The notes under the pieces: model-generated
The model's input: the letters and a program-made list of their open reading frames with translations, nothing else
Told to the model about the DNA's origin: nothing
Database searches by the model: none
Virus record (IMG/VR): IMGVR_UViG_3300021138_000005
Reading direction: 5' to 3' (one strand)
Length of the DNA: 64,000 nt
Source: an uncultured virus (IMG/VR IMGVR_UViG_3300021138_000005)
Lineage: Duplodnaviria; Heunggongvirae; Uroviricota; Caudoviricetes
Shown here: piece after piece, positions 10,986 through 19,195 of the stretch
Numbering within the stretch: the first letter of the stretch is position 1
How the letters are laid out: the number at the start of each line of letters is the position of its first letter
Program-made: the position numbers and the translations under genes

Positions 10986-12770
10986 ATGTTGAAACTGAAA
11001 AGCGTGAGCCTCAAGAACTTCTTATCTGTCGGTGCTGTCACGCAAGCTGTGGATCTGGATCGCAACGGACTCACGCTGGTACTGGGTGATAATCTGGATC
11101 TGGGAGGCAATGGTTCGCGCAACGGTGTGGGCAAGAGCACCATACTACAAGCCATCAGCTATGGACTGTACGGCGAGGCGCTGACCAACATCAAGCGCGA
11201 TAACCTAGTAAACAAGATCAACGGCAAGAACATGGCTGTGAGCATCGAGTTTGAGCTCAATGGCCATGTACATCGTATTGAACGAGGTCGTAAGCCGCAG
11301 TTCTTCCGCTGGATGGTTGACGACGAGAGCAAGGTTGGCGAAGAAGCCACAGATGAAGCACAGGGCGATGCTCGCGATAGCCAAAAGGACATCGTCAAGC
11401 TCATAGGCATGAGCCACACGCTATTCAAACATATCGTAGCGCTCAACACCTACACAGAGCCATTCTTGGCCATGGGTGCTGCTAAACAGCGAGAGATTAT
11501 TGAAGAACTGCTGGGCATCACTCTGCTGAGCCAGAAAGCTGAGAATCTCAAAGAACTGATCAAGAACACAAAAACTGATATTGAGCAGGAAGAGTTCCGC
11601 ATACGCACTGTGAAAACAGCTAACGAGAAGATAGCCAAGACTATCGAGGATCTACAGAACAAGATCAACACCTGGGATGCTAAGAATCTACAAGAGATAG
11701 CTACTCTGGAAGCTGCTATCGAACAGCTTGAGCTACTGGACATTGAAGCCGAGTTAGATAACCACAAGTTGGTGGAAACACACAGGGAACTAGGCAAGGC
11801 ACTCACACAGCTGCGCAAGGATCACGTGACCAAGAACAAGCACGCAACGCAGCTAGAGACGCAGCTGAACAATCTGCTTAGCCAGTTTGAAAGAGCCAGC
11901 GTGCACAAGCAATGCCCCATGTGCGAACAGCAGATCAAAGATCACAAGCACGATGACATCATCGGTGATCTCGAGAGCAAGATTGCCATGTTGGATCAAC
12001 AGGTCAATGCCGAACGGCAAGAAATCAGCGAGCTAGAATCACAGATAGCAGAGATTGAACCCGTTTATACTGCAATGGGCACGCCAAAAACGTTCTATCC
12101 CACGCTGCGCGAAGCAGTCAATCATAAGAGCACTGTGGAATCTCTGCACAAGGATCTGGTCAAGGAACGTGCTGCTGAGAATCCCTATTTGGATCAAGCG
12201 GACAGCTTACAGAGCACTGTGCAGGAAGTCAGCTATGATCAGCTCAACGGATTGGTCAAGAGCCGAGAACATCAAGAATTCTTGCTCAAACTGCTGACCA
12301 ACAAGGACAGCTTCATACGCAAGCGCATCATTGATCAGAATCTGGCTTACTTGAACAGCAGATTGAATGATTATCTGGACAAGCTTGGCCTACCTCACAG
12401 CGTGAAGTTCCTCAACGATCTCACCACAGAGATCAGCTTGCTGGGGCAGGATCTGGATTTTGACAATCTATCACGCGGCGAACGCACACGTCTCATCCTT
12501 GGATTGAGCTGGAGCTTCCGTGACATATTTGAAAACATGAACCAAGCTATCAACCTGTTGTTCGTTGATGAATTGCTAGACAGCGGACTTGATCCTGCTG
12601 GTCTCGAAGGATCAGTTGCTGTGCTCAAGCGCATGGAACGCGAACGTGGCAAGAACGTGTTTGTGATATCTCACAGAGAAGAGCTCATAACCCGCGTCAG
12701 CAACGTGCTGAGCGTGATTAAAGAAGGTGGATTTACTACCTTCAGCTATGAACACGAGATAATTACCTGA
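10986..12770 (+). CDS. Recombination ATPase subunit gp46 (Rad50/SbcC-like)
   Basis: Walker A NGVGKS, coiled coil with CPMC zinc hook, LSRGE signature, Walker B LLFVDE, ISH. Confidence 0.93.
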   Translation: MLKLKSVSLKNFLSVGAVTQAVDLDRNGLTLVLGDNLDLGGNGSRNGVGKSTILQAISYGLYGEALTNIKRDNLVNKINGKNMAVSIEFELNGHVHRIERGRKPQFFRWMVDDESKVGEEATDEAQGDARDSQKDIVKLIGMSHTLFKHIVALNTYTEPFLAMGAAKQREIIEELLGITLLSQKAENLKELIKNTKTDIEQEEFRIRTVKTANEKIAKTIEDLQNKINTWDAKNLQEIATLEAAIEQLELLDIEAELDNHKLVETHRELGKALTQLRKDHVTKNKHATQLETQLNNLLSQFERASVHKQCPMCEQQIKDHKHDDIIGDLESKIAMLDQQVNAERQEISELESQIAEIEPVYTAMGTPKTFYPTLREAVNHKSTVESLHKDLVKERAAENPYLDQADSLQSTVQEVSYDQLNGLVKSREHQEFLLKLLTNKDSFIRKRIIDQNLAYLNSRLNDYLDKLGLPHSVKFLNDLTTEISLLGQDLDFDNLSRGERTRLILGLSWSFRDIFENMNQAINLLFVDELLDSGLDPAGLEGSVAVLKRMERERGKNVFVISHREELITRVSNVLSVIKEGGFTTFSYEHEIIT

Positions 12771-13375
12771 TGGCGGTTAATGGGAAATCTAAAGGATCGG
12801 CCTTCGAACGCAAGATAGCCAACAGGCTGTCTGCAAGGTTTGAAGTCTCTCTGGGAATCAAAAATTCCTTTAGAAGGAACCCTGATTCCGGGTCATTCTT
12901 CGGCGGCAGCAACAAATCACGCACAGAGAGCTACAGCTTAGATTATGCGATTTTCGGAGATCTTATCTGTCCTCGCAATTTCACATACAGTGTGGAGTGC
13001 AAACACTATAAGTCACCACCCAGCTTCCAAAGCGTGCTCAATCACACGGTTACGCAATGGGATGGTTGGCTTGCACAGGCAGAACAAGATGCTGCTAGCA
13101 GCAACAAGCAAATGGTGCTGATAATCAAGTACAACAACGTGGATATCATGGTGTTCCTCAAAACACCGATATCTGGTAAGTATCATAACAGATACAAAGA
13201 CTTCTACATACATTTGCTAGACGACTGGCTGGCTCAATCAGATGACCATTTCTTGTCATCGAAGTTGACAGCTGACACCACTGAACACAATGCTATAACA
13301 GTAACGGAGACAGACAATGGCAGCCAAGAAAGCAGCAGCGAAGAAGACCAAAGTAACGGATTCCAGCCAAGCTGA
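12770..13375 (+). CDS. Holliday junction resolvase-like PD-(D/E)xK nuclease
   Basis: KSKGSAFERKIA...GDLI...VECK pattern. Confidence 0.75.
   Translation: MAVNGKSKGSAFERKIANRLSARFEVSLGIKNSFRRNPDSGSFFGGSNKSRTESYSLDYAIFGDLICPRNFTYSVECKHYKSPPSFQSVLNHTVTQWDGWLAQAEQDAASSNKQMVLIIKYNNVDIMVFLKTPISGKYHNRYKDFYIHLLDDWLAQSDDHFLSSKLTADTTEHNAITVTETDNGSQESSSEEDQSNGFQPS
13272..13299 (+). promoter_or_regulatory. Sigma70-type promoter for the 13317 gene and downstream structured element
   Basis: CTGACA-N16-TATAAC with TGn extended -10 (TTGACA also at 13265); GGAG SD before ATG 13317. Confidence 0.5.
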
Positions 13376-13670
13376 CAAGCCTTGGTTCCCAGCAGATGCT
13401 AAACCAGCAACTGCTGCCACTGAACCAGCAAAGAAAATGAGTCCATGGCAGCGTCGTGCTGCTCCGGTAAACTATGGTACGCTGGCCAAGCCAGGTATCA
13501 GTTTGAGAGAAGTATTCAATCTACACATAGAAGAAAAGCACAAGAAATTGTCCGAAACACAGCGTGATGCGGTGTGGAAGGTCGTTGGCACAAAGTTATT
13601 ATCAGAACCCCTAAGCAAGCTCAAAGAAATCACTGACGCAGAAGTCAAGGCTCACGCAGGCTCCAAGTAA
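13317..13670 (+). CDS. Small basic hypothetical protein (Lys/Ala-rich N-terminus)
   Basis: 117-aa ORF with SD; begins MAAKKAAAKKTK. Confidence 0.7.
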   Translation: MAAKKAAAKKTKVTDSSQADKPWFPADAKPATAATEPAKKMSPWQRRAAPVNYGTLAKPGISLREVFNLHIEEKHKKLSETQRDAVWKVVGTKLLSEPLSKLKEITDAEVKAHAGSK

Positions 13671-13699
13671 GCTCAAGTTCTTACTCGCTTTCTAATCTA

Positions 13700-14155
13700 C
13701 ATATTGGCTCAATAATGGTGATGTGATCACCCGGTGAAAGGATACATTACAGTGTATCACACTCACCGGATGGGGATTCTATCTGCTAGGCCCCTGCCAA
13801 ATAAATCAGAAAAAAGATCACAGCCGCCGTGTGACTGGCCAGCTGTGATGCAAGATGTGTCTCGCCGTTTGACTGTCTTGTAGCTTGGGTAACTCCCATA
13901 ACCGAGTATAGAGGTAGAGATACCTCTGAGAGATGATATCTGTATGTTGGAATTTAGGTACTCCGCCAACTGTCGAAAGACAAGGATAAAAGGGCAATGG
14001 TGTCGTTCGAACCAGAATGATATTTCACATGGTCACTCCCTGGGTAAGGGAGTGATATGGCTGCTAATCGACCAGAATAACTAAAACAGAATTATTAAAG
14101 AGAAGATGTTAGATGAGCTTTAGCTCAGCTAACTGATGAGCGTAAGCTCATCACT
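13700..14155 (+). ncRNA. Candidate highly structured non-coding RNA, family not recognised
   Basis: ~490-bp gap without a credible ORF, filled with about ten stem-loops, three capped by GNRA tetraloops on the + strand (GAGA 13917-20, GAAA 13975-78, GTAA 14142-45). Confidence 0.6.
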
Positions 14156-14161
14156 GATACC

Positions 14162-14350
14162 TTAGAGTTGTTGTTTCTTGTTAGGATTTTGTGAATCATA
14201 GTGCTGTTGGATTATATTAACCATCTTGCGTCTCTGATCTAGAGTAAGCAACCAAGCATCATCGTAATCTAATCCACCATTCATGTGGAACACCAATGAA
14301 TTTACATCGCTTTCGATTGCGTCCACGTTTCTTCTCATCACATCTAACAT
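14162..14350 (-). CDS. gp51-like baseplate/tail assembly chaperone C-terminal ORF (probably reached by -1 frameshift)
   Basis: Small ORF after the gp26-like gene; no SD; its frame is open back to the slippery site at 14398-14392. Confidence 0.6.
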   Translation of the reverse strand: MLDVMRRNVDAIESDVNSLVFHMNGGLDYDDAWLLTLDQRRKMVNIIQQHYDSQNPNKKQQL

Positions 14351-14379
14351 TGAAGTAATGAGGTCAGAGTCCCCGGTGG

Positions 14380-15234
14380 CTATAGCCGAGTGAAAAAAAG
14401 CGCTGGATCAAACTGCAGCTTTTCTGTCCAAGTCTTGCCACAATTAACGCATTGTGCATCAGTTTCTTTTGGTGGACCAACTTGATTGAGCGTGTTTACA
14501 GCTTCGATCACAGCATCAGCTGTGCTTTTTGGTATGTTGGTAAGCCATTCTGCGATATGATCTTTGTCAGTAACAGTTAACTGTTCTGCACCTAGCATCT
14601 CTATGGCAGTGATGCTGTTAGCTACTAATCTAAATGTTAGATGCGTGAGCTTTTCAATGCTGCGTGCTAGCAGATCAGCCCTCTGCATATCGTCAATGAT
14701 GTTTTCATCTTTTTCAATGGCTGATAGTGTACGCTGTTCTTCCATCTGTTTCTGTATCAGTATGGTTCGCATCTCGAAATCATAGGGGCGAATGTGCACA
14801 CGTAAATCACTGTCTATCATGACTGTGGTATCACTATCGTCTATATAAGTCATGTTATCTAACAGATGATTGCATTGTACTTCGAAATTGTTTTCATGAC
14901 CACAGGCTTCGCACTTGCGTTCTATCTCAAACTTACCATTGTTGGTTGCAGCCTTAATACCTAGGAATATAGCATCTAGATCTGGTTGAAGCACTCTTTT
15001 CACATCTTTGACGTCTGGTACACAGCTCTGTATCACGCTTTCAAGTGCATGGCCATTCAGCAGCGCATCTGGTGTGTTAAGCATGATGTCATCAATGGCA
15101 TTTAGACCATATATGCAAACCTCTTGGTTATCATTGACGTTTACTGAGCCATCTTCATACCATCTCCCGCCTGTTGGCAGTCGTATCCAGAGAGCAGGAC
15201 GTCTGAAATGCTTCTGTAATGGATTATTAACCAT
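14380..15234 (-). CDS. Baseplate hub assembly protein, gp26-like
   Basis: NPLQKHFRRP...LPTGG start, TPDALLNG, two CxxC motifs, ends ...FF; divergent from the tape measure gene. Confidence 0.75.
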   Translation of the reverse strand: MVNNPLQKHFRRPALWIRLPTGGRWYEDGSVNVNDNQEVCIYGLNAIDDIMLNTPDALLNGHALESVIQSCVPDVKDVKRVLQPDLDAIFLGIKAATNNGKFEIERKCEACGHENNFEVQCNHLLDNMTYIDDSDTTVMIDSDLRVHIRPYDFEMRTILIQKQMEEQRTLSAIEKDENIIDDMQRADLLARSIEKLTHLTFRLVANSITAIEMLGAEQLTVTDKDHIAEWLTNIPKSTADAVIEAVNTLNQVGPPKETDAQCVNCGKTWTEKLQFDPALFFTRL

Positions 15235-15247
15235 GATCTAAACTCCA

Positions 15248-15297
15248 TAAATATCCTGCTGGCATCTTGCCTGGCATCGAGATATCGCGGATATTTA
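15248..15297. promoter_or_regulatory. Face-to-face late promoters: + TAAATA 15248-53 (tape measure) and - TAAATA 15292-97 (gp26-like)
   Basis: Both motifs lie in the 102-bp gap between the divergent genes. Confidence 0.55.
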
Positions 15298-15336
15298 ACC
15301 ACGATATTTGCATGGTTGAGAAAGAAATAACAGCTG

Positions 15337-18300
15337 ATGGCTACGTTAGATACAGAAGACAAGAATTGGTATCTGCAGGCAGGTTGGGCCAAAGATAAGT
15401 CCATACGTGACCTGGAAGCTAAAGCGGCTGTCAGCAATAATCTTCTGGCATTGATCGCTAAGAACACAGGTAAAGACAGCAGAAAAACCGAAGAAGATGT
15501 TGAGAAAGCACTGCAGGGTAACACAGCTGCAATACAGCAACAGACCGATGCTACTGTAGATCTAGGTAAACTACAGCGCGAAATACAGAAAAGCACACGC
15601 GATCTGCAGAAAAGCCTATATAAAAACGTATCATCGCTGGAAAGGTTAGGCAGCACAGATGCCAAAGGTATGTTTGGCGGTGTCAGCAATACATTAAACA
15701 GCATGGCATATGAGCTAGGAGAAGTAAATCCTGCTCTGGCCGAATTAGCTGGCGGTGCAGCCATAGTTGCAGAAGTGTTTTCAACCATATGGAAGCGCGG
15801 AACAGAACTTGCGCAAGCTACGTTTGACATGTATGATTCTGGTATAGCAGTTACCAACGGCATGGATCAGCTAGTAGATGCTTCTAATGCTACTGGATTG
15901 AATCTACAGCAGCTGGGTAAAGCATTTACCAAGAACGGACAGGTAGTCGCTGCCATTGGCATAGACAGGACCATCAAGCTAGGCAAGGCATTCAACGAGC
16001 TCACGCACGGCGGAACTGATCTTGGTATGAATTTTGAACAGGCGCAGGAAACACTGCTCAGCTATTCAGAGATCATGCGCTCAACTGGTGAGATTGGCAA
16101 GAGATCCAACAGCGAGCTGGTAGCAGGTGCAGTAGAATACGGTCACACTCTAAACATGCTAAGCCAAGCCACTGGCAAGCGTAGAGAGCAGATTGATCAA
16201 GAAATCAAGCAGCAGCTCAAGCGTCCAGATATGCAGATACTGATCAACAGCTTAGCACCGTCGGTGAGAGCAGCTGCACAGAAAGGCCTAGAAGGGCTGA
16301 ATGCATTTGGTGACGAAGCACCCGATCTGCAGAAGATGATGGCCGGCATGGTCACTCGTGGCGAGTCAGGTATGCGCGAAGCCAATCAGCCTTTCTATGA
16401 TGCACTGTCTCAGACAGGTGCAGGCCTAAGTGAATTCAAAGCTATGACACAGGCTACCATGAAAGGTGATCTAGTTGCACAGCAACAGCATGCAGTAGCC
16501 CTCAAGAAAGTCATGCAAGACTATGCTGTGAGGATGCGCGGGTACGTAAATGATGCATCACCAATGGGCGAAGCTGCCAGAGCAGCTCAGAAGTTTGCTA
16601 CCTCGGCTGAAACAGTTGAAGAACTAGCAAGGAGAACACCTGATCAGCTAGCAAAAGCCGCCGAAGCTGACAAAGCCGCTGCTGAGATAACCCAAGCTAA
16701 CCAGGATGTTACTAAAACCATGCTGCGGTTGAACAATTCTCTGACATTGTTTGCTGCTAAAGCATTAGTTCCAATGGCAAATGCGATCGATTACGTGGTA
16801 ACTGCGTTTAACAAGCTGCTTGACAACCTTGGAATCTTAGTGAAACAGTTTCAAGACTCTGATGTATATAAATTCATCTCATCTGGATTTTCAAACCTGT
16901 TTGACACTCTAGGCAACATGATAAAGAACTCGTGGTTTGGTCGCTTCCTGAGCGGACCAATGGGCGGAGCTACCGGCACAGATGCCAATGGTAAACCTGT
17001 TACCGGACCGTCGATGACTGGCGGCGAAATGTTAGCAGGCGGCGCGTTAGCTACTATATCCACTGTTATCATAGCCAAACTGATAGGCAGGGTATTCAAG
17101 ACCATGATGAGCATGGGAGGTGCTGTTAAAAGTTTGCTTGGAATGGGCAAGACGCCTGCTATGGATGCTATGAAGACTGCATCGCCTATGGATCGCATGC
17201 GTGATGCACGTGGTAGGTTTACCAAAGATGCCGGTGGCGGCGGCATGCTAAAATCAGTAGAATCGCTGGGTGAGAAGCTTGGTAATGCCTTGCGCGGTAT
17301 AGGAAATCTAATCAAAGATGCAGTTGCTGGTATTGCTACCACTGTTAAAACTATATTTACTGAAATTAGTGAAGCGCTGGGCAAGGCTGCATCTAATATC
17401 AGTAAGGGTATAGGCGATACCCTCAGCAATCTCAGCAAAGGAATAGGTGACGTTGCTTCTAATATCAGCAAGGGTTTAGGTGATGCATTTAGTAATATTA
17501 GCCGAGGGCTTGGCGAATCCTTTACTAATCTCAGCAAAGGTATAGGTGATGCAATAGGAAATCTTAGCAAGGGATTAAGCACAGCACTTGAATCATTTAG
17601 TGCGGCTATCGGCAAGAGCATCGGTTCTATCAGCAAAGGACTTGGCGAGATGCTGGCTAATTTGGGTACAGGCGTTGGCAAAGGTCTGGGTGGATTGATA
17701 CAAGGACTTGGCATGGGCATCGCTGCGCTTGGACCAGAAGCACCAGAGATATTGTTAGGTTCAGCTGCCATTGCTGGGGCTATCCTGATGATAGGTGGCG
17801 CAGTTGCTGGTGCGACTTGGATCATGGGCGCAGCATTACCTAAGTTTGCCGAGGGTATGAAGTCTTTTGAAGATCTAGATGGCGACAAGCTTGGTAAGAC
17901 AGGCAGCGGTATGATAAAGATAGGCGAAGGCCTTATTGCTATGGGTGCCGGCGATGTAGTTAATGCAGTAGGTGGATTTATCGGTTGGGTTGGCAAGTTA
18001 TTCTCAGAAGATCCCATTGAGAAGCTTAAAAAATTCAGTGAGTTAGGTGAACCCTTAGGTCGCGCTGGCGATTCTATGGACAAGTTTGCCACTGCATTTT
18101 CAAAGAGCATGGCAGCAATAAATTCTGCTAAATTAGATCCTTCTATACTAGAAAGCCTCAGCAAGCTTGGTACATTTTTCCAAGGCGACGGATTCTTTGC
18201 ATCCATAGGCAAATCTTTAGAAAAGTTGGTAGGCATAGGAGATCCCATTGATAAACTAAAGACGATAGGCGATATCAGCGAGCCGTTGACCAAGGCTGGA

Positions 18301-19131
18301 GCTGCTATATCTAATTTTGGCGATGTTTATCCAAAGAGCATGGCAGCAATAAATTCTGCTAAATTAGATCCTTCTATACTAGAAAGCCTCACTAAACTTG
18401 GTACATTCTTCCAAGGCGACGGATTCTTTGCATCCATAGGTAAAGTTTTAGAAAAATTGGTAGGCATAGGCGATCCCATTGACAAACTTAAAACAATAGG
18501 TGATATCAGCGAGCCGTTGACCAAAGCTGGGGCTGCTATATCTAATTTTGGCGATGTTTATCCAAAGAGCATGGCAGCTATCAATAGTGCAATACTTAAT
18601 CCAGCTGTTATGACAAGCCTAGACAAGCTGAAAACTATATTTGAAGGCGACGGGTTTTTTGCCAGCATAGGCAAATGGTTAACCGGTAACGATGATTTTG
18701 TGACCAAATTGGTTAAATTAGGTGAAAGCACTGCAAACGTTCCAACTTTTTCATCAAGACTGACAGGTTTTGCTGATGCGTATTTGTACCTAGTTGAAGC
18801 CTTCAATCAGCCAATATCCACAGAAGCGTTGGCTAATCTAACTGGCTTAACCGATCTCATACATAAAGAAGTTGAACGCAGTTCACCAGGACTGATAGGC
18901 TCATTGTTTGGTTCTAGCACAGCAGCTGCACCTGCCACAGGGAGCTCTACCACTGCTGTGCAAGCTGCTGGTGCCAAGGTAGCAATTACCACTCCTGATC
19001 AAAAGCACAAAGAATTGATGGAAATCATGACCAAGATAAATCTAACATTGCAAGGCATGTCAACCATTGAAGACAGCCAGTTGCGTGTGATGAGGACCGG
19101 TTTCAATCAGGTTAGCGGCACAGTCTACTGA
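15337..19131 (+). CDS. Tape measure protein
   Basis: 1264 aa, helical Ala/Gly-rich, 11-residue periodic repeats (SNISKGIGDTL) and 77-aa tandem repeats. Confidence 0.75.
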   Translation: MATLDTEDKNWYLQAGWAKDKSIRDLEAKAAVSNNLLALIAKNTGKDSRKTEEDVEKALQGNTAAIQQQTDATVDLGKLQREIQKSTRDLQKSLYKNVSSLERLGSTDAKGMFGGVSNTLNSMAYELGEVNPALAELAGGAAIVAEVFSTIWKRGTELAQATFDMYDSGIAVTNGMDQLVDASNATGLNLQQLGKAFTKNGQVVAAIGIDRTIKLGKAFNELTHGGTDLGMNFEQAQETLLSYSEIMRSTGEIGKRSNSELVAGAVEYGHTLNMLSQATGKRREQIDQEIKQQLKRPDMQILINSLAPSVRAAAQKGLEGLNAFGDEAPDLQKMMAGMVTRGESGMREANQPFYDALSQTGAGLSEFKAMTQATMKGDLVAQQQHAVALKKVMQDYAVRMRGYVNDASPMGEAARAAQKFATSAETVEELARRTPDQLAKAAEADKAAAEITQANQDVTKTMLRLNNSLTLFAAKALVPMANAIDYVVTAFNKLLDNLGILVKQFQDSDVYKFISSGFSNLFDTLGNMIKNSWFGRFLSGPMGGATGTDANGKPVTGPSMTGGEMLAGGALATISTVIIAKLIGRVFKTMMSMGGAVKSLLGMGKTPAMDAMKTASPMDRMRDARGRFTKDAGGGGMLKSVESLGEKLGNALRGIGNLIKDAVAGIATTVKTIFTEISEALGKAASNISKGIGDTLSNLSKGIGDVASNISKGLGDAFSNISRGLGESFTNLSKGIGDAIGNLSKGLSTALESFSAAIGKSIGSISKGLGEMLANLGTGVGKGLGGLIQGLGMGIAALGPEAPEILLGSAAIAGAILMIGGAVAGATWIMGAALPKFAEGMKSFEDLDGDKLGKTGSGMIKIGEGLIAMGAGDVVNAVGGFIGWVGKLFSEDPIEKLKKFSELGEPLGRAGDSMDKFATAFSKSMAAINSAKLDPSILESLSKLGTFFQGDGFFASIGKSLEKLVGIGDPIDKLKTIGDISEPLTKAGAAISNFGDVYPKSMAAINSAKLDPSILESLTKLGTFFQGDGFFASIGKVLEKLVGIGDPIDKLKTIGDISEPLTKAGAAISNFGDVYPKSMAAINSAILNPAVMTSLDKLKTIFEGDGFFASIGKWLTGNDDFVTKLVKLGESTANVPTFSSRLTGFADAYLYLVEAFNQPISTEALANLTGLTDLIHKEVERSSPGLIGSLFGSSTAAAPATGSSTTAVQAAGAKVAITTPDQKHKELMEIMTKINLTLQGMSTIEDSQLRVMRTGFNQVSGTVY
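18101..18680 (+). repeat. 231-bp tandem repeat in the tape measure gene (two near-identical copies plus a diverged third)
   Basis: caaagagcatggcagc starts at 18101, 18332 and 18563. Confidence 0.9.
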
Positions 19132-19162
19132 GATTATGCTCTGCATTGCATTGCCGGCATAC

Positions 19163-19170
19163 TATAAATA
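19163..19170 (+). promoter_or_regulatory. Late promoter TATAAATA for the portal gene
   Basis: Perfect T4 late consensus 25 nt before the ATG. Confidence 0.75.
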
Positions 19171-19195
19171 TCCGATCAAATGAGGCGAATACCAC

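Noticed and set aside
13763..13969. 68-aa minus-strand ORF in the structured gap
   Set aside because: Non-ATG start, no recognisable motifs; RNA structure explains the region better
14133..14153. CTGATGA followed by a stem, resembling a hammerhead ribozyme core
   Set aside because: No GAAA follows stem II; TGATGAGC instead pairs fully with GCTCATCA
13700..14155. Group I/II intron, RNase P RNA, tmRNA or tRNA identity for the structured element
   Set aside because: Flanking genes look intact and I could not find the hallmark motifs by eye; a covariance search is still needed
16851..18293. 480-aa antisense ORF within the tape measure gene (also 15141-15863, 20362-21033, 22569-23144)
   Set aside because: Shadow ORFs arising from codon bias and repeats of the real genes on the opposite strand
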